A DNA stretch of 64,000 nucleotides from Octopus sinensis (GCF_006345805.1 NC_042999.1:36208001-36272000), one strand, 5' to 3'; shown: positions 12,984-26,758, numbered from the stretch's first letter. Made by a program: numbers and translations. The notes: generated by a model not told the origin, from the sequence alone.

Positions 12984-14986
12984 AAAGGCAGAGACAAATA
13001 GCAAAAGTGACTGAGAGTGATGAAAAGAAAGAGAAAGAGAAAGATGAAGAAAAGAGGACTTAATAACAGCAAGAAAATAGATTTTCAACATAGGGAAATT
13101 AAATACACACAGACAGAAGCCACCATTCACCACTATCAACATCACAACCACCAATAAATACAGCAGCTGGTACCATTCTGTTCACATACACACACACACA
13201 CACACACAAGAAAAAAAAAAACTTGCACCAATTGCAATGCAACAAGGTGCAATCTCCAGGCAAGCAATGCTATATACAACAGTCTGGTGTGAAACATGAC
13301 ACCATCCAATATTGTTGATTTTTTTTCTCTCTCTCTCTCTCTCTCTCTTTCACTCTCCTCTAACAAACAATAGCACAGACGCCAGCAGTGGAGAATGGAC
13401 CGATGGAAAAAAAAAAAAGTGTCGGAACGGAATGGAGTTGGGGGGGTGGGGGTGGCGGAGGGAAGGATGGGGGAGGGGAGAGTGAGAGAATCATGGACCT
13501 GCTAGATTCTCTCCAAAACTTGCCTTGCTACTGATCTTCATCCAACAAGCATTTGTCGGAAATTGGATGATCATAAACTAAATGTAGATAGATGTTGCTG
13601 TAGCTGTTTTTTGTTGTTGTTGTTGTTGTTTTTTTGTTTCTTTCTACACAAGTAACTTTCTACTTCAAGCTATTTTCTAGATGCTTCTCTCTCATCAGTT
13701 GCAGTGAATTCAGCTGTCAGTAGAAAGAGAATGTGTTAGAAAAATATGTGTGTATGTATGTATGTGTGTATGTATACATATGCTTGCCATGTGTCCTGTA
13801 AATCAGTCAGGTTTTTCAAATGTATATATATAAAAAAAAAACAAAAAAACCCCAAGAATGTTAAAATGTTGCTTTATTTATTGCACACCCTGTAATCTCT
13901 TTGTATTTATGCATGCAAAGGTGTGTGTGTGTGTGCATGGATGTGTAAATGCATATCAGGAGGAAGAGAGAGAGATAAACACACAATCGTATATTTACGG
14001 AATTATATGCATGAATATACATACATGTGTGTGTGTGTGATTTTATATATATATATAATATATACACACACACACACATATGCACATACATACAGATATA
14101 TATATAGAGAGAAAGAGGCAGACAGAGGAAGAAAGATAGACAGATCATGTATTCATGTATATATTTATATTTAAATGTCCACACATGCACACACATACAA
14201 GCACGCACACACATATTTGATTCCCATCAGTGGACTCATTCTTATTTTTTTCCACTTCCAAATTATTGTTTACATACACATATAACATTTCGTTCACACT
14301 CACACGCTATTTCCTTCTCTTCACCTTTCTATCTTCATCAGCATTACATTGCTAACATGGTTGTAATGGGCATTTTTTTCTTCATTTTTATTATTATTAT
14401 TATTTTTTATTTATTTATTTATTTATTTATTTTTTTTTTTTTTTACAAATTTGTACATTTGCATATTGCTGGAGAAAAAAAATTTATGGCTGATTGCACT
14501 TGCAATCGCTAACTACTCAACTGTAAGGTGGGAATGGAACCTGTTAGCAATGAGGCACACTAATGCAACTATAGTCAATATACATAAAGGTGGCGAACTG
14601 GTCAAGTTGTTAAAGTGTCAGATAGATTGCCTTATAGTATTCCTTTCGGCTTGCTTCTACCTGAGTTCATATCCTGCCAAGGTCAACTTTACATTTCATC
14701 GTTTCGGGATTAATGAAATAAATAACCAGTCATGCACCAGGATTAATTCTTCTCTCTCACCACCTGTCTGTCTGTCTGTATCTCAGTGGTCAGACATGAA
14801 GAGAGACGGGTTCTGCCAAGTCGAAAAATGCTCCAAGACACATTATGGCACAATGCCCTCCATAACCTCCATAACTATCAAGAGTCGAGTGTCTAAGTAA
14901 AGCAAGGCAATTATGTACATACATCAGAAGAACAACACAATTTGCAGTATTCACGCATGAACTCATGATCATGAATATGCCTGAGC

Positions 14987-15017
<31 letters not shown>

Positions 15018-15554
15018 TGCACATGCAGGCAGACAATTGTTAAGAATGGGTGCAGATCAGATTGAGGAGTCAGTGTTTGTTGGAAATACAAATATATGCC
15101 TCACATGTACAAAAACAATTAGTCTTGTTCTGATTATGATACTTTGATTTCAACAATAGATCATCATCACCATTGTTCGACCGTGGTCGAGACTTTCATA
15201 GTCTTTTCAAATGGCTAATAATGTGTGCACGCGCCACTACTACACACATTGGAAAGCATTGTACAACCAAGTACTAAAGAAGATCTTTCCTCCTCCATGA
15301 AACAAAGCTGTTCCCGCTGGACGTCAAACCAGTATTTCTAAGCTACGGACCAAGTGATTTATTGTAAGGTTATCTCCCTAGATAGATTGCCTTCACTACG
15401 GCTAAGGAGCCCTTTCTACCCCAACAATAGAAGTATGTCACAATATTTACTTACTGTAAAGAAATAACATGTTTATATACATAAATATGAGAGATCATTA
15501 TATGGATCCCTTGTATATATGTATGTATATATATATATATATACTCTTTTCTCT

Positions 15555-15690
15555 CTTTTACTTGTTTCAGTCATTTGACTGTGGCCATGCTGGAGCACCG
15601 CCTTTAGTCGAGCAAATCGACCCTGGGACTTATTATTTTGTAAGCCCAGTACTTCTTCTATCGGTCTTTTTTTGCCGAACCGCTAAGTGA
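15555..15690 (+). mobile_element. SINE-like repeat (tttcagtcatttgactgtggccatgctggagcac family)
   Basis: Copies at ~17865-18010, ~24295-24480 and ~29255-29365. Confidence 0.7.
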
Positions 15691-16019
15691 TATATATATA
15701 TCTGTTAAAGCAAATTTTCTTTGCCAACCGTCATCTGCTTCTAAGCAAGGTAATATTTTCTTCAAGGAAGATTGGAAAAAAAAAAAGTAACACTGCTTGT
15801 AAGGCAGTGAGACTCATTTACAACTACCAACATGATGTAAAGATACAGATTCACAGACATTCACATAAATACATGTATATATACAACATACACGTGTTGA
15901 TATTTATGCGCGCGTGTGTGTGTGTTTATGTCACCATCATGACACTTCAAGGTGCTACAAAGTCAGACTGAATCACAGATCTTTAACTCCCTCCTCCATA
16001 TAAATAAATAAATACACAT

Positions 16020-16057
<38 letters not shown>

Positions 16058-16060
<3 letters not shown>

Positions 16061-16288
16061 ATAAGAGGCTTCCAAATAGGGAAGCGTTGTGCTCGAACAC
16101 AAAAAGGGATAAATTCATGAAAGGAATGAAAATTAAAAACAATGGCCATCTCATGCTGAAAATAGTTAGAAACCGTCGGTCTGGGATATAGTTGAAATGG
16201 TAAATGTTTTCAATTTTCATTCCTTTCATGAATTTATCCCTTTTTGTGTTCTAGCACAACGCTTCCCTATTTGGAAGCCTCTTATTGT
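16058..16288. repeat. Long inverted repeat: 84 bp arms, 63 bp spacer
   Basis: 16058-16141 is the reverse complement of 16205-16288 with 2 mismatches. Confidence 0.95.
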
Positions 16289-16381
16289 ATTTCTATATGA
16301 ATAATATACAGTCTAATGACTAATTCGCTTTTTGTGCTAGGCCACAGGTAATAATAATTTATTATTACCTTATTTTATTAT

Positions 16382-16442
<61 letters not shown>

Positions 16443-19139
16443 TACATATTGATCAGATTATCAGACGTTACACACAGCTGGTCACAATGAGCTTCCTTAC
16501 ACTGCTGTAGCCTTCAAACAATGCTACCTTGTTGGCCAAAATGGAATGTGAGTCTGTCGTAGTGTTACCTATCTACAGCTGAGTGGACTGGAGCAACATG
16601 AAATAAAGCTTATTGTTCAAGAATACAACATACCACCAGTCTGGGAACAAAAACCCTAATCTTGCAATCATGAGCATAACACCCTAGCCAATAGGTTATG
16701 CACCTTCATATTTCACATGTACAAACTCATGTTAATTGTCAATGATGACAGCCATTATAAACACATCCAGATTTTGTTTAATGAACAAACACAAAATGTG
16801 TAATGCTGCATTCCTTAGGTTTCATCCAGTGGGTTGTAAGGTCATGCTGGAGCACTGGCATCAATGCTGGAACAATCTCAATCTTCCTTATGTGATTGGA
16901 ATTGGACGAATGAGGAAGTTTGATAATGCTGTTCCGCTGCCTTCTTACATGTTTCTTGTTTGGTGTAAAGACACTCATCTGCAATCATCATTATCATTTA
17001 ATGTCCATTTTTCCATGCTGATTGAACGGTTTGACAAGAGTGGCTGCACCAGGCTCCAGCCATCTGTTTTGGCATGGTTTCTATATGGCTGGATGCACTT
17101 CCTAAAGCCTACTACTTCAAAGAATGTATTGGGTGCTTTTTATGTGATACTATTACAAGTGCATTTTACATGGTGTCAACACAGGCTGCAATCTTACACA
17201 GTAAAATATCCAAGATGGTAGCTTATACTGGCACCACATAAAAAGCACCTGCAATCTTACATAGTCAAATATCTAACGGTTGTTTGAATGTGTTCACATC
17301 TATTTTGAATTTTACAGTTGAAAACAGTAAAGTGCTCAATATATGCTTGCAAGGAAATATGTCATAAGTAGACTGCCACCTCCTCCCCACATACACATAT
17401 TTATATTTTTAAAAAAAGAATTTCATAATGTTTTCTTGTATGTATTTCCATGCATGTATTTGCAATTTAAACACTGCACCAAAAAGGTTTCTGTGATGTT
17501 TAAGATGAATATGAATAAAACATTTCCAAAGGTCAACCACTTCATCATATCCAAAGAGACAGAACTTGTGCCAAACCTGATTAACAGATTTTTATCAAAT
17601 CAAAGAGCAGTTTTGGGTTAGATAAGGTAATGGCTAAAGGATTAGACATCATTAAATCCAAGTTGTTGATAACTATATCCTCCACTCTGCAACTCAATTA
17701 CACAATAAATAGCATCAGGTAGATAGAAAAAAGAAATTGTGCTGATGATGGAGTCTCTACATGTAATTGCTTAACCAGCTAAAAACAGAAATTGGCTGCT
17801 TTTTCAGGTAGATCAAGCAATCACATGGTGGCTCCATTGCCAACTCAATTAGCAGATGTTATATCTTTATCTTTTACTTGTGTCAGTCATTGGACTGCAG
17901 CCATGCTGGGGCCCTGTCTTGAAAGGTTTAGTCGAATTGGTTGACCCTAGCATTTATTTTTAAGTTTGGTATTTATTCTATTGGTTTCTTATGCCAAACT
18001 GCTAAGTTGCAGAGACATACACAAACTAAGGTGAGAAGTGTGGGGGGGGGGGACAAAAAGCATAAATACAAAAATTACACACAATAGCCTTCTTTCAGTT
18101 TCATAGTCAATGGCACAAGTGAATCCAAAGCAGGCCTTAAGTCTTTAACAACACACAGCATTAGTAAGAGGTAGTTTGCATTTACATTATAAAGTGATAT
18201 CTGACTGAATACAGAATTTTGTTTGGACAGTTCGACTTTGATGACTGTGAAATGTGTTCACTGAGTTAATAAAAGACTAACAAGATTTCAAGATTTATTA
18301 ATCCTTTAACTGCGAAATTAAATTTCATGGCTATTCCAGTAATGATGTTCAATATCAAGCAGAGAAGAAAAGAAAAAGAAAAAAACAGAATTGGTATTTT
18401 TTGCAACTCATGTTGCCTCAATAAACTAGACATATCTCAACAGAAAATAGCTTCAAACATGACATTCCTCAACAAAAGATAGATTGGTATATATAACTGC
18501 TATTTACTTGGTAAGGGAAATATAATTTTGAGTGGTTATATCTGGAAATCAAACAGTGAAAAGTGCAACCCTTCTCACCTTCCAATTGTATTGCAGCTGA
18601 ATAAAATAGCCCTTCAAAAGCCAGCCCTCAGTTTAACCATAATTTACCAATTTCCTTTATATGCTTTCACTGCAAGTGGTACCACTTGTAGGTACTGATA
18701 ACTTGGGCTGTATACTAAGATGTGCCATATCAAGTTCGGGTCGTTGATAAGCAAAATGGAAAATATGAAAACAACAATTAAAATAAACAGTTTATTCTTA
18801 TATTTAATAAAATGTAGTAAACATCTTTGTGTTTTGAGATACACTTTCTATTCCTTGTAAAAAAAATTTTTTAATTCTATTTGTAATGGGCCCTCACAAC
18901 ACAACAGCTTGTTCATAATTGCAAATAAGTAAAGAATTAGGGCTCTAGCCAACCCTACTACTACTGTTCCTGGTTGCAAGGAAACAAGTACTAGAAGAAT
19001 AATTAAAAAATTACCATTTACTAGAGTAGATACTCTGTCCTAAGTTTGGCTGTATGAAATTTAAGATAGTTATTTTATCTGGGAATTAATAATACCTTCA
19101 AAGAGTGACATTTATTGAACACTTTTTTCTTTCTTTTTT

Positions 19140-20870
19140 TAGGAATGTACCAATTAACTGGCAGATAATCAGTAAGCAGCCATATCAGCCTTTTGCTGAT
19201 TAATCAGTATTGGCTTTTTTGGCCTGTTTTGATAATCAACTGTTCTTGTTTTATTATTATTATTTATTATTATTATTATTATTATTATTGAGTAGCATGT
19301 ATGCTGGACAAAGAAAATTCAGAAAATTATATTGGATTCAAAGCGTTAAAGTACATAAGAAACATAATATTTCCTAGGATACACAATCTCAGCCCACCTG
19401 TGCCATCTAACCCCTTCATGGTACTTGAAGGAACTGATTTATGCAACCAGAATTACTTGGGACTGCCACGGGGATATAATTTTCTGTAGATAAAAGGGTG
19501 TCAAAGTAGTAGAGCCACCCCATACCCTCCTGAGATGTGTTTAATTGATCTTTTAAAAAAGAATTAATTGAAAAATTTTCCATTAATAATGATCCCGGCT
19601 ATCTTAACATTCTTAAAAAATAAAATTAGTAATCAAATTTGAAAACTCTTAAATTATAATGTAAAAAGAACATCAAAATGCTCTGTTTTCAAGGTACAGC
19701 TATGTTTTCTTGCAGGCTCAGTATATGTTACTTCTTGTGCTGGATACTCATTCACTTTTGACAGAAGAAGCTGGGGCAGTAAGGTACATCAAAGTAAGCT
19801 TGCTCAAATAAGAGTAAACTTGTTTTGAATTTCTCCACCACAAAAACAGATTATCATGTTTTGATGACAAGAGTAAATCTAAATATTCTCCCATTTATTT
19901 ATTGTTTCTTTCTTTGTTTTTGTCCCTTTAGGATGCCTACTCATCATCATTCTTCTGTTTACTTGAAGCTAACTTATCAAATAAATTTAAACACAATAGA
20001 GACACCCCTCCATGTTCTTGTACAATCTTTGGAAACAGAGGAATCAACTAAACTCTCTTTACATTCTGAAGCATCAGTGCTCTACAAATTAACAGATGTC
20101 CATTCTTTTATTTATTTATTTATTTATTTATTCCTAATATCTGTTCTTCGAAATTTCATTTTAAATCTTCAATCTAGCAAAGAAGACAAACACAAACACT
20201 TGTTTTCCAAATATGTTGAAAATCTATTCTAAATTGAAAACCAAAGTTGTACTGTGATATGAGTTCCAGCAAAGGAAATGCTTGTCTTTGCCTTTAATAG
20301 AAATGATTTCATAGTTTGAATTGGGATAATTATTGAAGAAATGGCTTCTTGCTCACTTCCTCAATAATTTCATTGAATGGTTTAATAAGTTAGACAATTT
20401 TTTTTTTTCTGTAAGAGTCCACTGATAAGCACTTAACGTAGGGATGTTACTATCTATAGTACATGTAACAAGGGCTTTTTGCTGTTCATTATTTCTTTCC
20501 AGCTTGTAGTACATTGAATTCCAGTGTGTAGACACATCCTGAATTAATTTGTGTTTCTTTAAACCCAGCTGTTCATGTAATTCTGTCAACTTGCTTGCAG
20601 CTACAGCAGAATAATTAAAGTGCTTAACGATATTTGTATTAGTCGTGATAATAGTTTTTACAGCTTGCTGAGCAAATATAGGTTCACTCAATGAAAAGCG
20701 AACTGTATAAATGAAGCATGATAGTGACTTTGCCACAATTCCAGACTCCACCAATCATACATGCTTCAGAATCGTGCAACATGAAGAAAATATCATTTCC
20801 AAATTAGTTAATTTGTGCACCCATGTGAGTGTCTTCAAAAGGAGCAATTTGCAAAAGTTTTTTTTTTCTT
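19140..20870 (-). mobile_element. hAT (ZBED4/Ac-like) transposon remnant with terminal region
   Basis: IVKHFNYS...KHKLIQDVSTHWNSMYY; LSSLLD*RFK (LLDPRFK motif); dimerisation domain LMYLTAPASSVKSE*VSS near 19.7-19.8 kb. Terminus taggaatgtaccaattaactgg at 19140 resembles CpG-eroded TAGGGATG hAT ends. Confidence 0.85.
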
Positions 20871-20910
20871 TTTGAAACTGATCTGTCAACTGGTGACTTG
20901 TTATACTTAA

Positions 20911-21124
20911 CCCTTTAAACTGGCTATATCCAGCCTAAAATGTTCAACTTGTTTTATGTTCAAACTGACCAGATCAGGCCTCTTACATCTACCCAACAAT
21001 GTCGTTCAAATTATAAACAATCACATCATTGAAATCTCTAAGCTATGAGATAATTCGTGATTTATTCAAAACAATATGAATGAATAAGTATTACAATTGA
21101 CAGAGTAATCTGAAAGTTAAAGGG
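20911..21124. mobile_element. TTAA-flanked MITE (piggyBac-type), family A
   Basis: TTAA at 20907-10 and 21125-28; perfect TIR ccctttaa/ttaaaggg. Confidence 0.88.
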
Positions 21125-21486
21125 TTAAAGAAAGAAAAGTAAAGAAAAACTAGTGACTTAGACTAAAAAGTGGAGAATTATTTGTAGTAGCTGTCCAAAT
21201 GTCAGTGGTTAAAGAAATATGGATGGCATCAATAACAAATTTCTAAATTTTTGCTTGTATTTTCTGATATATATATATATATATAGCATTGTTACCAGAT
21301 GGAGGAAGTTTTACATAAGTTATGCCATGATAACATGAAGCAATGTATTACTATAAACACCATTTACTCCTGGTATTTTGTAATTTTTTAAATATTGTGT
21401 GGATCACAAGATCACTTGTTTTGTGTCAATGCACAACCTCTTCTGTTTAACATAGGTTGTTAAACCTATACCCTAGTCCTGTAAAT

Positions 21487-22280
21487 GTTTTCCAACTTGG
21501 AGCCATGGCTAAGTTCAGCAAGGCCACAGAAAAAGTTTGGAATTGGGGAGGCACAGAGAGAACAGGTTCAATAAAGGGGGCCACTACTGTTCCTTCTCAA
21601 AATTTTTTCTTATTGTCTGTATTTCTTTAAAATTTACAAAAACATACACACATACATTTCTATATACTATGTTCTGTCATGACAAAAAAAAAAGTGATTC
21701 CTTTGGCAGTTCAATAATAATTTACCATTGATAATATATTAAGTTGGTATTGTGCTCAAAAAGTAATTATTTTTCAGAAATTATAAAATTTTCAGTGTGT
21801 CAAATAGAAGTTTTTTGTACGATTCTAAATAGTTGTTTTATTTAAATCACAAAATATTTTTTGTTTTTGTGAAATAAAATAATGGAGAATAAATGTGCAA
21901 TTAATTAACACTGATATTTTTATGGAGTTTATTATATTAATGGTAGAAAACATTACACCTTTGAAAAAGAATTTTTTTTAACACTTATTTATTATTATGA
22001 ATTTTTGTTTAAAAGTTGTTTACAAGTTATCAATTTTTAAATATTTGTTGAAATAAATTTCATGATAATTAAACTAATTTAAAACAATATTTAAAATTTC
22101 ATTATTTGATAAATTTCGCAAATTTTATCTTTATTATGGGTTTTAAAGGTGACCTATTTCTACTAAGAATCATTTATTACAAAACTGAAATGCTGTTTTT
22201 TGATAACATCTAGGGGGCCACAGAAAAATTGAAGAAACCCAGAATTCCTAGTATAAGCCAAAAAAAGTTGGAGACCACTA
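21487..22280. mobile_element. Non-autonomous hAT-type element
   Basis: 8 bp direct repeat CTGTAAAT at 21479-86 and 22281-88; imperfect TIR gttttccaactt/aagttggagacc; AT-rich interior. Confidence 0.65.
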
Positions 22281-22336
22281 CTGTAAATCATTCTAGACAA
22301 AGAATATGATGACCTAAGATCTATTTTTATTCAGAA

Positions 22337-22732
22337 CTAGCAGTATCGCCCGGCGTTGCTCGGGTTTGTAAGGGAAATAACTATATAAGCATTTTTAGAG
22401 AGTTATAGCCAAAAAATAGCAAAAAAAATGCATTAAAAATTGAAAAAAAATTAAGGTAAATTTTTTTTAAATCGTTGACACACCGTAGATATTTTTAGAG
22501 AGTTACTTCCCTTATATAAAAGCGAAAAAAATGCATTAAAATGGAAAAATATGATGGTAAATTTTTTTTAAATCGTAGACTCATCGTAGACGCGCGCTAA
22601 TACCCAGAAGGGCTCGATATGAATCACGACTATAAGATACCCGCTTTTGGTTAAACTGCACTGCAAAATGTGGGAGTAATTATGAATGTAAATCGAAGGG
22701 GACAGACACACAACTTCACTCTTATATAAAGA
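22337..22732 (-). mobile_element. Non-autonomous Helitron
   Basis: A|TC start, subterminal hairpin cccgagcaacgccggg, CTAG|T end. Close homolog at 54153-54446; this copy has extra internal tandem-duplicated sequence. Confidence 0.88.
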
Positions 22733-23511
22733 TGCTTTTTTTTTTCAGTCATAGAGTTAGATTTATGAAGGTCTTCAGTAGAAAATCCTTCGAATTCTGA
22801 CTCGCTGCTTGATATAATGAAATTCGTATCCATTTTTTGTCAGAATTACAAATTTTGAAAACACAATAGGAACAAATTTCGGAAAAAAATCTCCCATAAT
22901 TCACGGAATTAAAATTACACTTCGATTTTTGTACCAAACTGTATTTGAAGTGTTTACGAAGTATAATACGTGTTTTCACGAATGTACTAAAGAGATTTAC
23001 TCTGATATTCTCATTTAAATATGAATAGGTAAATTTGGGCGGTTTGGTAACGAAAGGGTTTATATAAGTGTCGTCTGTTTATACATAAACACTGTTTCAT
23101 AGTTTCAGTTTAGTCTTCCTCAAATCACTGTCGCTAATTTACTCTCTTCCAAGAACATTTTCACTCACTGTTATCTGTTAGCTTCCCATACATTTTACTC
23201 ATGTATCTATCAGCGTGATAGACAGAAACAAATATTACATTTACTTTCATTTTATTCGTTGCCCACTGTGTGTGTGCGTTTGCGTGTGGTGTAAACCAGA
23301 CTAAGAAAAGCATTTGACACACACACCAGAATGTGAGTTTTCTGTAAATTTTGCTTAATTGGAGTTTAAATTTTAAAAACTGGACCTGGCATGACGCGAT
23401 GCATTGTACTCTTAAAACTGCTAGGTAAATTGTAATTGAAGAAATCCTATTTTGTAGATTTGTATAACTCCCAAAGGGAGGCAGATAAAATCTGCCTTTT
23501 ATAATAAGAGA
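22733..23511 (-). mobile_element. Second Helitron-like 5' segment abutting the previous element
   Basis: Starts A|TCTCTTATTATAAAA with hairpin ggcagattttatctgcc; no 3' CTAG hairpin of its own. Confidence 0.4.
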
Positions 23512-24599
23512 TGATACAAGCTTTCATTTTAAGATGTATATTAAAAAAAAAAGAAAGAGAGACACCCTATCTGTATTAGGCATTGTTGGAGGATATTCAT
23601 CCTTTGTCCATTTAGACAAGGAATCCAGGCTCCTAGGAACTTTCAATCCCGAGGAAATTATGAAATCACATTTATTTTATACTCTCAAGTTTAAAAAAAC
23701 CCTTATATCATAGTTGTATAATCACTGCTTAATCCAAAGATGTAGTCAAAACATCTTAAATAAAAGGTGAGCTAAATAGAGAAATATGAATATTTTCTGA
23801 GCCGATGTGAGGGTGTTGCATGGTGGATTGAAACATCATGTCTGCTACCCTTCAAAAACATGTAATCAAGGCAGTAATCAACTGCACCCTTACTAACCAG
23901 GCAATACTCTTGGGGATCCACTTTACCAATCAGCTTAGCATGAGTCATGATACCTTAACTCACGGGTAGAAGAGAATGAAGACATTAAGTTTAGATAGCT
24001 AATAAGTAACATGCTTACAGTCATACTAAATATTGCCTCCTATGCATGTTTGGTTAATTACAGCATTTTTTTTTTCTCCTCCATTTCTGGCTTTATGCCA
24101 GTATAACACCCAGACTACACATGATTAAACAAGACAGAAACTTATGTGTAAGTACAGAATGTAGAGTATGTTGTGTACAGAAGAATGCACCCTTGAATGA
24201 CACAGTTCAATAGTAATAAAAAGCAGAAACTATGGTAAAAAAACCAGCCTAATTCTGTCATCATGTACTCTCAATTTGTAACCCATAACTTATATTTTTT
24301 ACTCATTGTTTCAGTCATTGGACAGCAGCCATGCTGGGCACTGCCTTGAAGAGTTTTAAACCAAAAAAAATGACTCCAGTACCTATTTTCTAAAAGTTTA
24401 GTACTTATTCTAGCAGTCATCTTTGCCAAACTGCTAAGTTACAAGGACATAAACAAATCAACACCAGTTGTCAAGCAGTGGTGGACAAACACAAAGACAT
24501 GCACATATACACTATTTATATATCATCATTTAACGTCCACTTTCCATGGATTAGACGGTTTGACTGGAACTGGAAAACCAGGGAGCTGCACCAGGTTCC

Positions 24600-24636
<37 letters not shown>

Positions 24637-25349
24637 CAGGCTTTCACATACATTCTGTCTTCTGAATTCGCTCACAAGATATTGGTTGGTCTGGAGCCAT
24701 AGGAGAAGACACTTGTCCAAGGCACTGCACAGTGGAACTGCCCCAGAGCATGCTTCTTAACCACACACCCATACCTGCATACACAGCCATGCCTATGGTT
24801 AATCATGAAATATTATAACATATCACCTAAAATTAATCTCAATACTCATTATCATATCACAATACATAATAAATACATTATAATAACAAGAGGTTGATAA
24901 ATTGCTAGCAACCTATAAAGCAAGACCAATTAATTAGTAAATGGTAATCAGCCCTCTTTTTCTTGTTCTATCTAACAGATTAGTTAGCTTTTTGATGTAA
25001 CAGGATGCATTAATATAGATAACTGACACTCCATTGATTAAAACTAGGGTTCCAGGTGATCCAATCAATGGAACAGATTGCTTGTGAAATTAACGTGCAA
25101 GTGGCTGAGCACTCTACAGATACATATATTTCCTAACATAGTCCTCAGGGAGATTCAGCGTGACACAGAATGTGACAACGTTGGCCCTTATGAAATACAA
25201 ATACTCATTTTTGCCAGCTGAGTAGACTGAAGCAACATGAAATAAAGTGTCTTGCTCAAGGACACAACACACCACCAGGAACTGAACTCCCCTTATGATC
25301 ATGAGCCAAATACCCTAACCACTAGCCACATGCCTTCACAAATATAGAT

Positions 25350-25386
<37 letters not shown>

Positions 25387-26473
25387 AAGTGCATCCAGTA
25401 GTGGAGCCCTGGTTTGGAAGTTACAATGTTTTGGAAGTTCCAAGGAAGGTGGAACCATCTCTTAGCTGCTATTGTTCCCAGGTCTACTCTGAACCAGGGT
25501 AGACCTTGATAATGGACGGATAAACAGGCAACAAATTGTCAACAGTCAGTATCAACCAGTGCAGTTAGGGAACCACTGCTATCATCTGTAATCATGATAT
25601 GTGCAGATGAGATAAATCAGCTAGTGAAAGACTAATGTGACTAAAACCCAAGCCAGATTTTCATTGCTATGAAGAAGACACCTGATCAGATGATGAAGAT
25701 GAAACCATAGCTGTTATTCAGATTCAAGTATGACTCAGTATAGCATGTACCATGCTTTCAATAATTATTTTAGGTGTTTACATAGTCAAAAGCAGACACA
25801 GACAACCTCTTACTACGCCCACCTTTGAACCATTGAAACATCCAGGATATGACAACTAGATAGAAAGGATATACCAACATTCAAACTCAATGCAAAGACC
25901 TAGAACAAAAATGCTGCAATAAATGCATTTTATCCAAGATTCCTCAATACTGCAAATCAATCACCTTTATATATATATATATCTTCTAGCAAACTCGATG
26001 AGAAGAAGTTGGTCAACCCAAGGTTGCAAAAGAAAACACTTGAAGTGTTCTTCAGTAGAATAGAACCAAAAGGTAATTATTTGAAAAGGAAACCTCTTTA
26101 CAACATAGCAATGCACTTATGTGTGTGTGTGTGTGTGTGTGTGTAAGTTCATGTCTTAAGAATTTAGAAACTTAAAGGGAATGCAAAATAATTTGTTTTT
26201 AACAGTTGAACTAAAAATAAAGTTTTACATAAGAAACATGTAAATGTTGGGTTAAAAACGCTTATGGATAGAAGTTGCTAATATATATATATATATATAT
26301 ATATAAGGTTAGTTGAGTTAGAGGATAAAATAACCATCTAAGGGATAAAAGTATTCAAAATACTACTGGTATATAACATTATATCAAACAAGGGCAAAAA
26401 TGTTATGCTCATAAATTATAGGTAAAGACAAGGATAAACAGGAGCTTATAAGGAATCAAAATTTAAAGGAAAC

Positions 26474-26612
26474 AAAATGGTGATAACATTGATGAACAAC
26501 AATTGATTTGCATCAATTATTATTTACTAATAATTTAAATTCTTTTAGTACATTATTAATAAATAATAATTGATGCAAATCAATAGGTGTTCATCAATGC
26601 TATCTCCATTTT
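26474..26612. repeat. Imperfect inverted repeat, ~60 bp arms
   Basis: aaaatggtgataacattgatgaacaacaattgatttgcatcaattattattta... mirrored by ...taaataataattgatgcaaatcaataggtgttcatcaatgctatctccatttt. Its flank (~26300-26400) resembles ~6885-6970. Confidence 0.85.
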
Positions 26613-26626
26613 CTTTATATATATGT

Positions 26627-26657
<31 letters not shown>

Positions 26658-26758
26658 CTTTATTTAAAGCAGCAGAAAATTCAACAAAACCTGTTACTCT
26701 GAGTTTCCCGGCAACAGAGTAACAGGTTTTGTTGAATTTTCTGCTGCTTTAAATAAAG
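26658..26758. repeat. Perfect inverted repeat: 44 bp arms, 13 nt loop
   Basis: 26658-26701 is the exact reverse complement of 26715-26758. Confidence 0.97.

Noticed and set aside
18672-18760. Minus-strand RPELDMAHLSIQPKLSVPTSGTTCSESI*
   Set aside because: No AG acceptor upstream in the needed position and the U12 branch match is poor.
19142-19170. Strong plus-strand acceptor/donor pair
   Set aside because: Coincides with the hAT terminal sequence next to a T run.
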